Shown here in pieces: positions 39,671-52,965 of a stretch of DNA of 64,000 bases. This stretch comes from Camelus dromedarius (taxonomy: Eukaryota). Numbering within the stretch: the stretch's first letter is position 1; the number at the start of each line of letters is the position of its first letter. The position numbers and the translations under genes are program-made. Under the pieces are notes generated by a model. That model made no database searches. It was not told the DNA's origin and worked only from the letters and a program-made list of their open reading frames with translations. Location: the NCBI RefSeq assembly GCF_036321535.1, contig NC_087438.1, positions 6,512,001 to 6,576,000 on the forward strand, read 5' to 3'.

Positions 39671-41255
39671 CCACTCTAAACTGAAAACAGTTCCAAAGCA
39701 AATTTTATGTTATATCTTTTGTAATACATGTATTTTTTGTAGATTTGTAACTTATATATTTTAAATGAATGTCATAGATTGATACAGAGCTCCAGGAACC
39801 TTTCGTCTGTTGATTTTCAACCCTTTTGTCTAACAACAGAATCCGATTTTCAAAAGCCTTGACCCCAGCACCCCCCACTTAGAGTACTTTGGGGAAAATC
39901 TGGGGCCATTTTAAACCAAAGTAGAAACCACTGATTCTACTTCAACTTTCTCTTTTCACAGACATGGAAATTGAGGCCCTAGGAGGGAAAGTCTTTGGCC
40001 AGAGAACCACTGAGCTAGCTGATAACAGAGCTGAAACCAGGACCCAGGCATCCTATCCCAGTGGGAACGCGTAACAATGCAGTTGATTACCTATCAGTTA
40101 GGACCGTGGCTAAAGACACATGAAAATGACTCACCAGGAAAGCCAGAGGACAACCATGCACCCAAACATGCCTCTCTCTCTAACCCTTCAGAGCCAGATA
40201 TCCAAGTGTAAAACTGGGGTCCGGGCTGTACACCTCATCTCTGGAGTCCAAAGCCCTTTCCAGGCAAACCTAGTCAACCAAGTCACCGGCACGGCTGGCC
40301 AGGGAGAAACTGTTTAACAAAAACTTTAGTAATCTGAGTTTATGGCTGAGCAAGAACTAAACCAGGTCCTCTGTCTGTCTGTCCATCAGTGCCCAGTGCA
40401 TGCCCCCAGCCCCAGGCTCCATCTCCCGGCCCACACTGGGAAGAGTCATTTACCTGCGTGGGGAGGAGACGCCGAGGCTCCTAGGTGGCAGCTCCGTAAC
40501 TGATTTACGGGTTGCCCTTCAGACCTTCACATCTTAAACCTTTCCATGACTAAGTTTCTCCCCGTGGAAAAGAACACCTCCTTCTCTGAGGGGGTGTTGA
40601 GAAATGATGAAACACACCTGGCCGCGGAGCGAAAGTGCCTCAGATGGAGGCATGAGATGGGGCGGCTGCTACCAGGATGCCCTGGTAACATCCTTCATCA
40701 GTTACTCACACCGGAGTCTCCAGGTAGAGAAAAAGACTTCATGAAAAACTGTGGTTTTAACAAATGAGTAAGACCCCTTACCGCTCTATGGTTTCCTGTC
40801 GAGATTAAGTGGGAATCTATATCCATTACTTAGGGGGTTTTTTCCCCCCATATATCCAGGCATGATGCAATCTTAATAAAAAAGAAGTTATGTATCTTCC
40901 TATGAAGACGATAATTCGATAAGAAAAACTCTTTTAGCTTTTGTTTTATCATGAGATTTTTTCTTTTCTGGAAACCATTAACTGAAAATTAATGCCAGAA
41001 GTTTATTTTCCAGTATCTTTCATTTGTTTTTATTAAATAAAGTATGTAATAAGAGGTAAGCATGCACCTACATCTGTAATAGGACAAAAGAAATCATATG
41101 GTCTTGTGGATCTATTTATTATGAAAGTAAAACAAAACAGCAATAACAATAAGAAACTCCAGTGCAATACTAAGTTCTTTTTTAAAATATCCTATGTGTA
41201 ACTAATAAATTTTCTTTGGCATTATATAGGCTCCAAAGAGGTAGGATCTTTCTTT

Positions 41256-41403
41256 TTTTTTTTTTTTCCTTTTTTTTAGGGGGTGAGAGGGAGGTAATTA
41301 GTTTCATTTGTTGATTTATTTTTAGAGAAAGTACTGGGGATTGAGCCCAGGACCCTGCGTATGCTGAGCACACGCACTACTACTTGAGCTATACCCTCTC
41401 CCC
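41256..41403 (-). mobile_element. Camelid tRNA-derived SINE (Vic-1-like), full length, with 14-bp TSD
   Basis: The minus strand reads ggggagagggtatagctcaagtagtagtgcgtgtgctcagcatacgcagggtcctgggctcaatccccagtac...aaactaattacctccc...polyA. TSD tagga(t/c)ctttcttt at 41242-41255 and 41405-41418. Confidence 0.92.
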
Positions 41404-44400
41404 TTAGGACCTTTCTTTAGTCACCTTTTCAGGGCATTTCGTTCCATTTTCCTAGGGCTGTTTTAATGTCTGGCTTCCTTGGGCAATCAGCTGTCAATCT
41501 TTCCCAGGACTGGGATTTCTGTTTCATTGGCCTTTAATCTCGCAAAGTATCCAGACCATTCTTTTCACAGATTATAAATAAGTAAATAAAACAATCTGCA
41601 AGTAAGAGGGGAAAAAAGGCATCCAAGCTGCTTACATTTCCACAACAGAGCATTCTGTACCTACTCACTGTATTTATTCTTGAGTTATAGCAAATGACAA
41701 TTTCCATCTGGACTTTTTTTTTTTCATAAAGGCACTTCTCATTTTATCCTGTGATAATTTGAAAAACTGTGTACGCTGTGTAACCATAAATAAAATAGCT
41801 TACAGCACCAGTCCAAAAATTATTCTCAAACTCCGTGCATACTAAGCTAGTTGTTCCAGCCCAGCCAAGAGAAACAGGGTCAGATGCTGTACAATGCTAA
41901 GGAAGGAATAAAATGGCATGTTTCTAGCACGTTCTCTGCTGTGCTGCTGGTTATCTGGTGGGGCTCCAGAGTTTTATAAATCATCTTAATTGGACACTGA
42001 GCTCAGCCACTGGGCTAACACAGTCAAATAAGGATGAGTTTTTGTCTTCCATGTTACTCTGTGCCTTGTCTACACTGTGGGTGTCCTCCGACTGCAGCCA
42101 CTTCAGCCCATATCCAAGCAGCACCAGGTGGAAGCACGGGTGTGACCCCAGCCGCACCCTGGGAAGAGCCGCCCGAGTGTCACTGGTACTATCTGCAACC
42201 ACAGTAAGCTGGCACTACTCTTAAGTCACCCAAGATTGAGAGTCAGGTCACATCATTTCCATGTTTCACCCACTGCCAGAAGGATGGCTCAGCCCAGCTC
42301 CAAGAACTCATTCATGCTGGTGAATTACTCACAAGGAAGGGACAGAAGAAGGAAGAAATAAAGTTAATCTTGTGCCCACCAGATACAAAAACTTACATTA
42401 AATATGTGATCACAAATTACAACTTATAGGAGAATAAACTGTGGCCAAGTAAGGTCAAATAAGACTGCAACTGTCAGTACTAGAGCTTTCTTTAGAATGA
42501 GACATAGGGTCTTAGCTAAATCCATGCAGAGCACGCCCTGGAATTAAAGCCTGTCTTCTTCAGGAAGGCAGTGTCCTGTCCCAGTAAATGATGGGTGGAA
42601 ATTCAATCCTGTCAGGGGTTCCTTTATTCCCTCTCTTACGCTTGTTCTAATTAAGCCCCAGAGAATCTTTTCTATAAAAACAAAATATAGCCAAGCATTT
42701 CCCAGATTATCCTGCACTTAAATGACTTCTCTTTAGAATGGCTATCTTAATTGACTAGTAATATTCTTCAGCCTTTCATATCAAGAGTGTCATATAAAAC
42801 AAAGAACTATGGACGGCTTTTAAGGTGATTCCTCTACCACTTTACTATTATTTTCAACACTGAACAGTCCCCACTGTTTTATTTTCCTGTATAAAGAGGC
42901 CTCATTACCAACACACAGCACTCATCTAGCCCTCCGTCTGTGAGCAATCTCTGGTTTCATCCACAGTGTCTACCATTCCATAAGACTCAACACATGAAAT
43001 GTGCGCAAAATGATTGCTGGCAGGAGGTAAAGCAAAATCTGCATTCCCAACTAGGAGCCATGAGGTCAGGCGGCCAGGTGCTGGGCTCCTAGGAGTCAGA
43101 GTGAAGAAAACTCTGGGAGTGACAGACAGGCACATCTCCAGGAGAAATAAATAAAATTATCCAATGACAGGACAGTGGTCAGAGAACTCTTCCTAAATCA
43201 TTAATGGAGCAGTCCAGGGAAGGAGACAGAGCATGACTTAAGCATAGACGACCTATGACAGCAAATGTAGGCATATACACTGCAGATGGAACTAACTCAA
43301 CATAAGGAAGTTGGGCTGAGAAGACTAAGAAAGAACTCAGCTGGCTTCTGAAGACTTAGACAAGATTTGGAAAGTTTAGGTAAAGTGTATTTAAGGCTAA
43401 AATGGCAAGCCCATGGTATTGGGCAAGGTGGAGCCAGAAATCACAAAAATGGGCTGGTGTATGTTGCTATATAGGAGTACCTTCTGGTACATTCAGCATG
43501 ACTTCCTAAAGGAATATGCATTTAGCCTTAAAATAGTATGAAATGGAAGGAAGGATAAGGTGTGCTAGAGAGTTTGACAGAAGGTGGTGGAAGCTGGAAG
43601 GTTAGAAGGGAAGGTTAGAAGAGAAGAGAAGAATGAATGCTTGAAATTGTTACATAAAATGGAGAAATTAAATGCTGCATTGAGTGTACACCATATTGAG
43701 CATACTTGATTACAGGACAGGGAAGACAAATAGTAGCAGATTCTATTTCACAATGCTTTTGTTATATGTGGACAACAAAAGCTCCATGTGCTTAATAAAA
43801 GTCAAATAACATAGCCGTAATAATTTATATGCTTCTGAAACATGTCTGTACTCTGAGTTTCACCAACAGCCTAGCACTTAATTTTTATTTTATGACTCCC
43901 TATTTAAATGAATTCCACTGAATGCAAGCAAGGTATGTACCAAAATAGATACATAAAATCTCTATAAAGTAAAACTCATCTGAAGAAATTAGGTGACAAT
44001 ATATCCTAACATTTTTTTCTCTCTCTATTAGAACCTGATTCAAAATTATCATCTGCTATATTTCTCATTTAACTGGATGAGAGCTCAAAGGCTACCCAGC
44101 TCTTTTGTCACTGTGAAATGAAAATTAATTATGTAATTATTTTAGGAAAACACATATTACATGCATAAATAGATATTACTATAATCATCATATTTCATTG
44201 CAATGATATCTGAGACTTAAAAGAATACCATCAAACAAAATTAACTTCATTCACAATAAATGAAGCATAAGAAAGATATGGAAAACTCTGCTCAGCTGTG
44301 TTCAAGATCTAGCGATTTACTCTAAGAAAAAATTACTTTCATCTAAGATGAGAGCTTTTCTCCAGCTCTTTCTGTGGATGCCCATCCAATATAGTCTCTG

Positions 44401-46037
44401 CAAATGAGCATAAAATAAGAAAGTCCCTCTGATTAGATTTGATAAGAAATTTACATTCAGTGCTCTACATATCATAAATCCTGCATAAATATTAAGATGG
44501 AAATAGGTCCATTTTCAAATAAGTCATTTGCTCAAGTGACGCTTTTACTGTCTACCAATCAAAACATGAAAACATTGGTAACGTTCTGTACTAGAAACCT
44601 TCACACAAATGAAACAAGAAAGTCATTCAGAAGCCTTAGCAAAACCCACCAGATGTACGGATGAGGAGACAGCACCAACATGGATATCATTCACAAATGA
44701 GAGAAGAATATCCCCCCGAAACAGGGCAAGGGCTTTTGAGTTGAAAGACCGTGGAGTGAATCAACTTTCATGATTCCACTTTGGGAAAGTTTATAAACTT
44801 CCATCTCAGCTTTGTCGATTAAATGGGAGCAAAACCCTTTACCTTCCCGAGTTTTCATCATGGCTGACATAACATTTAAAAGTGTCCCCCTGCTGACACA
44901 TGGCAGGTCTGCTGTACATACGACATCACTGCATAGCTGGCTGTTCAGTAAATGCTCCACAATTTCATACGTGTGTCTCAATCTGTTGTGACTCATTGCC
45001 ACCCCAAGCTTAGTGTACTTGGAAAAGATCCAGTGCCCATGAGACAAGATGGAGCTGTAAGCAGATGGGCATGTGACCCAAATAAATCAGAGCCTTATAT
45101 TTTTCAAATGTTAAATCAGCCACTTCTTGATTTACCCAATGAGTGCTTCCAATAAGGAGTTACTTTCAAGGTACAACTTTTAAAAAACTTTCCTTTAAGC
45201 AAAATTTCATTACAGTATTTTTAAAAAGTTTTTAGCCAGTAGGGAAGAAACTACACCAATCAGAGGACCATGACTGCTCCGTATCTAGGGTTCATTGATG
45301 GTCAGATGGAGTTCCCACCCAATACAATGAAGATGATCACCAAACACAGACACCTGTAAGGCGTGCTGGGTTTCTGAGACATAAAATGATAGCAGGAGGA
45401 AAGAAAGGAATCTAAACATCTTGTCACACATACCAGAGGACAAGTACTTACAAAAGGAAACTTAAAGGAAGTTAATTTAACTTAATGCATGCATTGGAAG
45501 ATGAAAAATTAGCATTTCTTTTAACATTCCTTTAAAATCTGTATTTTTATAATTTTTTCAGCCTCCTTTTTTTTCCTTTCAGTTGGCAAGGTGTCAAAAG
45601 GCAATAAAGAGAAAAAGTACTTCCAGATGGTTGGTCTAAGCAAATTAGGTGGAATTTTCTTTAAATAAAAAGGAAAATGTATGTAATAGAAGCCCTGCTG
45701 AACACCTATCAAATCAAAATGACTGCTGTCTGCGTCGCGGTAATTCACTCACCGGTTTATGGCCTCACTCTATTTCAAAGAGTCTCCCAAACTCACATAA
45801 TGTTCTGCAGTGCTAGAGTTGGCATCAAATCTTTGATTTAGCTCAGAGATACAGACTGTGAAATCTTCCATTGTTAGACAACGTCCTTCTTGGGAACAGA
45901 ATTAAGAAAGATGAGCAACAACAAAAAAAGATTTTTTAAAAAATATGTGCATCCTTTCAAGGGCAGCTTTAACCTGCACTCACTCAGCTCAATAAACTCC
46001 AAGGGTCGCAGGAATAACATCAAAAAAAAAAAAAAAA

Positions 46038-46205
46038 GTATAGCACAAGGAACTGTATTCGATACCTTGTAGTAGCTTATGGTGAAAAGAATATAAAAAT
46101 GAATACGTATATTCATGTGTGACTGAAGCTTTGTGCTCTACACCAGAAACTGACACAACATTGTGAACTGACTATACTTCAATTAAAAAGTAGGAAAAAA
46201 AAACA
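46038..46205 (+). mobile_element. Lineage-specific L1 3' stub
   Basis: gtatagcacaaggaactgtattcgataccttgtagtagc...ccagaaactgacacaacattgtgaactgactatacttcaattaaaaa, homologous to the stubs at 1350-1705 and 22026-22147. Confidence 0.88.
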
Positions 46206-46432
46206 CATAAAAACCTCACTTTGTCATTCCAACTATACATTTTCTTGTCATCATTGTGTGTTTTGGAGAGTTGTCAGTCAAAATTAGAGAGGCAAATGAA
46301 ATGATGGTAGTGGGTCATCAGGTCACAGATGAACTCTCAAAGCTCTTAGAAAAGTGTTCTCTTAATTTCTTCAACCTTCAGTTGGGGGGTTAGATTTTAT
46401 TTGGTCCCCTCTTCACTCTAAAATCCATGAGT

Positions 46433-46541
46433 AATATGCATGTATGTGTATGACCGACCTATTATGCGGTACATCAGAAATTGACACAGCATTGTAAACT
46501 GACTATACTTCAATTAAAAAATAAAATAAAATGAAATAAAA
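46433..46541 (+). mobile_element. Lineage-specific L1 3' stub with TSD
   Basis: cagaaattgacacagcattgtaaactgactatacttcaattaaaaaataaaataaaa. TSD core aatccatgag at 46422-46431 and 46545-46554. Confidence 0.88.
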
Positions 46542-46952
46542 TAGAATCCATGAGCACATAAGTGAGGAGGAAGTGTTGAGAATTGGAGATGTGGGAGGTC
46601 AGGGAAGTTGGGGGGTGTGTTGGTCCACTCTAACCCGTGTTTGATCACTGGTAACACAGGATGAACCCCCAAGTCATTCATCGAATGGCAGGCCCCACGT
46701 TTCCCAGCAGTTAGTTCCAGATGAGCCTCCCAGCACCGTCTTGCCCGCTCCCTTCCACCCCAGGGCTGTTGCACCTGCGCACGGGATGGAAGCTATTGGC
46801 ATAAGGTCAGCAATACTGACAAAGGCAACACGAAAATCGCAGTGCGTCAAGTCCAAGCCCTGGCCGTCACAGCCGTGCGACCACACAAGTACACACAATG
46901 TTTTCAAGACGTGCATTTGTCCTTCTTTTTGTTCAGCCGAGTGCATTTAGAC

Positions 46953-47162
46953 CAAGAGCTCAAAACCAAGGGCGATTTTACTCCCTCTGCTTGGGAACAT
47001 CTGGCGATGTCTGGAGCCAATTCTGGCTGTCACAACCAGGGGATGCTGCTGGCATCTAGCGAACAGAGGTTGAGGATGCTAATAATTTCCTATAATGCAC
47101 AGGAAAGCTCCCCCATAAGAAGAAACTATCCAACCCCAAATAGTGCCAAGGTTGAAAAGCTG
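46953..47162 (+). mobile_element. MER20
   Basis: gggcgattttactccc...ggcgatgtctggagccaattctggctgtcacaaccaggggatgctgctggcatctag...aatagtgccaaggttgaaaagctg matches the MER20 consensus. Confidence 0.88.
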
Positions 47163-48097
47163 CTTCAGACTAAAAAAAATGCAATTTAGGTAGTATTACA
47201 GCCTATAAGGAGGAAAGGACTTGGTAAGACCAAGTACCTGGTGTAATGATCAGACGCCCCCGCCCCATGATTGCAGTCAAAGCTTTGCCCACAATCCCTG
47301 TCCCCAACAGGAATGTTCCTTATCCCCTGCGTGTGACAACTGCCCTCCAGAGCTCACAAACTCTAAGCTATGGAGGACTGTAAGCTCCTTGCCACTGAAA
47401 CTTCTCAGCTGCTAAAATCGGAAGGCTGGCACCGTCACTGGACAACTTTCTAATTATCTTTTATATCCTGTACAGACTCTCCCTTTATTCTTCCATGTAA
47501 AAAATAGAAGGCAATTTATAGCAAGACTTTCAACTCTCTGCTATATTATTTTAAGACGCTGCAGCTTTTACATTTTACCCAAAAGAAGTTTCACTAGAAT
47601 AAATAAAACCAGTGGGAAACAGTTCATGAACAACTGTTTTTCAAAGAATATTTTTTCAACATTATAAGCTGCAACTTCTAATTAAATATTCAATTCCACT
47701 GGATTTCGTGTGCAGAATATATTTACTGTTTCTACTTATGCGCATCATCTGCTTTGTTAAAACATGTTTTAAATTTCTCACATAAATCTACATTTTTATA
47801 AGCCCTGAATGGGATCCTGGTTTGTGCATTTTTCTTCTCAACTACCCGTAGCATTTGATCTCAGATTCTTTGACACTGTCTATAAAGTACAAAGTAGGAA
47901 CCACCAACTACTATTTCTTGTAATTTTCAAAGTTAAGGGCAACAAGAATGATCATGAAGTTTCAATCCATGTAATTATGTAACTGCATTCCTGTCTCTGG
48001 AGACATTTTTCCTTAACATCTGCGTTGTATCTGTCCCTACAGATGCACAGATCCTTTCTATTGGATGACTTCACTTTAACTTGTATTAAATCCCTCC

Positions 48098-48485
48098 TGT
48101 CTTAGCTTGGGCTGCTGTAACAAATTAAAAAGACTAGGCTGCTTTATGTTTTTTTAAGACTAGGTAGCTTTAACTCCAAACATTTATTTTCACAGTTTTG
48201 GAGGTTGGGAAGTCCAAGACCAAGATGCTAGCAGATTTGGTGTCTGGTAAGAACCCTCTTCCTGGTTCATAGATGGTCATTTTCTTGTTGCAGAAAGAGA
48301 GGAGGGTGGGGCACGGGAAGCAGTATCTCTCTTATCTCTTCCATCAGGGCACTAATCCCATTGGTGAGGGCCCCACCCTCGGGATTGAATCACCTCCCAA
48401 AGACCCCACTCCTGACAGGATGACACTGAGGATTAGAAATTTCATATATGAACGTCAGAGGGACGCAACCATTCAGTCCATAATA
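48098..48485 (-). mobile_element. MaLR solo LTR (MLT1A/MST-like)
   Basis: tgtcttagcttgggctgctgtaacaaa...ggaggttgggaagtccaagaccaagatgctagcag...gggcactaatcccattggtgagggc...accattcagtccataata. Confidence 0.88.
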
Positions 48486-50829
48486 CCTTTTATATGCCGG
48501 AGGGAGCAAAGTCAGGGCATACACCCTACCTGCAAGTTCTGTGCCTCAGGAGGGGCAGAATTTGGCTTCAGCCCACAAGGATCAGACCCCCTCCGTGATT
48601 CCAGTGGAAGCCTTGCCATTTACCAGAAATCCCTGCCACCCACCAGGAGTGCTCTCTCTCCTTTGTATGTGACAACTGCCTTCCACAGATGATAAATATT
48701 GAGGGCACGCTAACCGGCGAGCTCCAAAAGAACAGAACCCTGCCATCTGTCTTTATACACGGAGAGCAAGAAACAGGTCCTAAATATGCCCCCGATGTTG
48801 ATGAGGACAAGTGATGGGCTTTCCTGGACTTGACACTGTTGGTGCTGAGACAGGTTCAGTCAGGTAACAAGCATCCTGACCTTTAGGACAAAGTAACGGA
48901 CAAATAGGGTATGTCGTGGCCAGACACTGTGTCTCACTTAGGAATCTGAAATAGAGGCAGAGTAAGGTACAAAATCACGTTCACCATCATGCTTAGTGAA
49001 GAAAACCCGCACCTCTGAGCTGAGGATCAAAGGGCATGACAGGCTTTGGATGCTGGCTTCCTAGATGGCCTGTCTCCCAAGTCCAGCTGGGCAGCCTCTC
49101 ATGATGCTGTGGTGCCCTAGGAGCCTCAGAGGAGCCTGACTGTGTCCAGATGGCAGGGATTAAAGAGGAGGCCTCATCTTTCCCGGGGCCTACATGCATG
49201 CACAAGGACTCCATAGAGTTACATGTTTCTCAGTGACACCCAAACAACTTCTGTTTATTCATCTGGGGAGCGTTCCACTTTCCTCAAGGATCAGTATATG
49301 ACAAGAGATAGCAAAGCCCAACGAAATCAACATACAACTGACAAAAACAAACCAAGTTTTCAGAAGGGCAAGTTAGGAACAACTTTTGCTTGTCTGTGGT
49401 GTCACACAGAGAAGAGTTCTGACTAGAGTAGACACTCTTTGATTGTATCCCTAAAGCCCCATTGGTCCATCTGCAGCCAAACCTCTGGCTTCAGATGTGC
49501 TCTGCTGGGCCCTTGGCAGCCATGTTGCTTCCAGATAGAGTTCAAATATTGGAAGAGCATTGCTCGAGGGTGGCACCATTCCATTTCTCCATGTCACCCA
49601 CTGGTACACATGCACACATGGCACTGGACTGAGCCATCATGAACACGCACAATGCACTGGAGCTCTTCAAACAATGGACCGGAGAGTTTCCTAAAACTCA
49701 TGGGAACCCCAGCTTTGTCCCTGACTCATGTGTCTGTCACCATGCTCCAGGTGGCTTTCTCTCCCCGACCCCCTCTCCAGTTTTCCTTCTTTTAAGTAAT
49801 AGCAGCACAGCATTCACTGACAGAGTAGTGCTGGGGAATGTATGAGACGCAGTCTTTCTCTTTATAAACACCTCTTGAATTAAAACTTAGGCATTTACCA
49901 TTAAAATTCACCTTCATTATAGAATTTGCCACTACCCATGATACACAAGAGAATGATGGTATCTGCACACAGAGAAAAGGCAAATGAGACACAGGAAGCA
50001 TTTCTGACTTGTCTAGGGTGACTCATGTGCTGGAGGGAAGGGGAAATACTAAATACCTTACATCAATACCTAAGGGCAGACTCGAGGATTTCTAATGTGC
50101 TGCTGGTGAATGTTTGTATTCTAAGAGAACTTTCAAAGGAGAATGATGGTTCAGAGACGACAGAAGGGATTCCTGATGTAAGGAAGCAATGGTTGGGGAA
50201 TGAGGAAGAGTCTACGCCCCTTGTAGGAGCTATTTTAAGCACCTTAAAGAAATGCAAAGGTTCTCAGATGATCTCACTTGTTACCAGAACTCCGCTATAT
50301 CCAGAGCAACAGGATTGGTGGTCATGACCCCAGATTCCCAAATCGTCGCTCTTTTGCCAGCTCAGTGCCTCCTGGGTCTGGGCAGATTGCTTGTTTTGGG
50401 AGTTTCCAGCCACAAATTTGTTTGTGGGTCACATGTTGATTTTGTTGGGCGTTGCTATCTCCCCCTACCCGCACAGCCCTTGTCAGCAGCCTACTGGACA
50501 CCCTTCTGGATCTTTCCCCAGGTCCACGTAACAAAGGCAAACTATGTATACAGACTTGGGGGATGAAGGTCTTTCTGCTTTATCAAATGAGATCTAGTTC
50601 TCATTAATTATGAAAATCTCGCCAAGTTAACCAGGAGTGTTTTAAATTAGTTTCTACATGGCAGCAACAGATCTGAGGCATTCTTAGAATCTAACTGATA
50701 CATAATCTATAATCTACTGATACATACTCAATATTTGAGGTAGTTTTTATAGTTTTTTAGGGGAAGGAGAGCATTAAAAGCAACACTGCTGTAAACACCA
50801 AATACACATACCCTCATATACGTATGCTG

Positions 50830-51270
50830 GTGTTCTTATTTTTATAATCTGTATTCCCAGAAGTGGTAGTGCTGGGTCAGAGTGTGTACATTTTTAATAG
50901 GAAGTGTCAGAGTGCTTTCCCTAAAATATAAACAATTCACAATTCCATCAGGAATGGGTGAGAGTCCCCTTTTATCAGCATCCTTACCAGCATTAAGTGT
51001 TTTCTTTTTTCTTCTTTTTTTCTTTTTTGAGAGTTGGAAACAGAACACTTTTTCACCTACTTACTGGACATCAGAATTTACTCCTATGTGAATCACCTAA
51101 TCATATCTTTACCCATTTTCTTGTGGGCTGCTTGAATTTTTCTTAATTTACAGCTTTTTGTACTTCAGGGATATTAACCTTAGGTCTATCATATGCATTG
51201 CAAATATTGTCTGTACGGGATATTCAACTTGTTAGATTTTTTATATTATCTTGTAGCATAGATTATTTTG
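50830..51270 (-). mobile_element. Old L1 fragment (antisense)
   Basis: tattcccagaagtggtagtgctgggtcagag...ccatcaggaatgggtgagagtcccc...catccttaccagcatt. Confidence 0.7.
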
Positions 51271-51569
51271 CAAATGATAACCAAATGACATTCTAGTCTG
51301 TGGGTTGCAAAAAAAAAGAGGAAATCAGGAGAAAGTTCCCAGTCTGCAACTGCTAAAATTAAGACTAAGAAACCCACTGAAATATAAACTTGGAAGAGAT
51401 CCAGTATAAATAAAACTACATGTCCAAAAACACATTCTTCACCATTGGTACAAACAGCATCTTTCCCCTTCCCTGGCTGAGAAGAACGTGATTACCCACA
51501 CAGTCAACATCGTGGCTGGTCCTGCCTGACCCTTGGAGGGGATGTTACTAACGTATCGCTCTCTACAAT

Positions 51570-51785
51570 TCTTTTCTTTTTACATTTTTTTATTGAAGTG
51601 TGGTTGATTTAGTTAGTTTCAGTTGTATAGCAAAGTAATTCAGTCATACATATGCATACATATATTTGTTTTTCTTCTCAGATTCTTTTTGATTATATGC
51701 CAATACAGGAAATTGAATATAGTCTAGGCAGACTGCTTGCTTTGGGAGTTTCCAGCTACAAATACTACTCTGTGCTGTCCACAGG
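51570..51785 (-). mobile_element. Lineage-specific L1 3' stub containing a foreign 42-bp insert
   Basis: ttttttattgaagtgtggttgattt...gtttcagttgtatagcaaagtaattcagtcatacatat...aaattgaatatagt[insert]...ctgtgctgtccacag; the reverse complement of the plus-strand stubs. Confidence 0.85.
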
Positions 51786-52669
51786 GTGGATTTCTTTAAT
51801 CAGAACATACATATGATATGCACAGTTCAGAAACTGTCTCCAGCATGGGGAGAACCTGGAATCCTAGGAGAGCAATATAGCTGCAAATATGAATGGGCTG
51901 AGTCTGAAGTGGGAACTGACTCTCTGTCTCTAAAAAAAGGCATGTGGCATCAGGGTTTCTCCCCACGTTACAGACAGAGGTGCAAGAAGGCTAGCGAGAG
52001 CCACAGTCCACCAGAGAACTGGCTCCTGACCTTTCCATTGAGAGCTTGTTATCCAGCTCTGTCATCTCCCAGAATTTTGCAAGTAATGAAGCCGCAGCCT
52101 TTTTTGTCAGGTGGTAAAGAGGCAGAGAAAGATAGTCATCATTTTACCTGATCCTTGCAATTTTTCAGCATTGTTGGATTTTTTTCATCTTGTTGAATTT
52201 TTATCCAACTGTCATTGGTATCAACAATAAAGATGCTTTATAGTGTTTCTAATCCCCAAGATGGCGGAATCAAGGTAACCTTAAAAAGGATAATGGAGTC
52301 CCCTCTCCCTCAGTGACCTAATCTGACAGCCTGGACAGCTGTGAAGTCCTGTTATAACCCCAGGTGACATGTTCTCTGGGTCTCACTGACAGCCTGCACG
52401 CAGTCATTCAAAGCCCTGATCCGGCAAATCCCACCTTCACATCTTAGTGCCCTCGGGGAGCTGCAGGTTATTTATTTAAGATGAGACGCCTGTATCACTT
52501 GCGGTCTGAACACCACCGTAAAGCAGGGAAGGGAAACCACACGACTTTGAAACTCAGGCTGATTGCCTGAGGGTGCTGCCGGTTGGCTTCTGACCCCACG
52601 AGTGAGCTGTTCCGAATGGCGTTCTTAAGAGGTGAGTCTCAATCTCCAGCAACAACACAAATTTCTCAA

Positions 52670-52965
52670 ATGGGATCTATTATACAGAACAGAGTCTGTA
52701 GCTAATAACACTACTAGATCGTATATTTAACTTGCAAAGAGGGTCGATCTTAGCTTAAGTGTTTTTACCGAAAAACAAAATGAAACAAAAACGAGAAAGC
52801 CAGAAGAAAAAGGGAGGCGAGAGGAAACTTTGGGAGGTGATGGCCTTGAAGGTAGTGATGGTTTCACAGGTGTGTTCTCATTCCCCAGATTCACTGAGAT
52901 CTATACATTAAATACGTATAGCATTTTATATGCCAATCATGCCTCAATAAAGTGTTTTTTTTTTG
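52670..52965 (+). mobile_element. L1MB-type 3' end
   Basis: gaggaaactttgggaggtgatgg...ggtagtgatggtttcacaggtgt...tatacattaaatacgtatagc...atgccaatcatgcctcaataaagtg. Confidence 0.82.
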
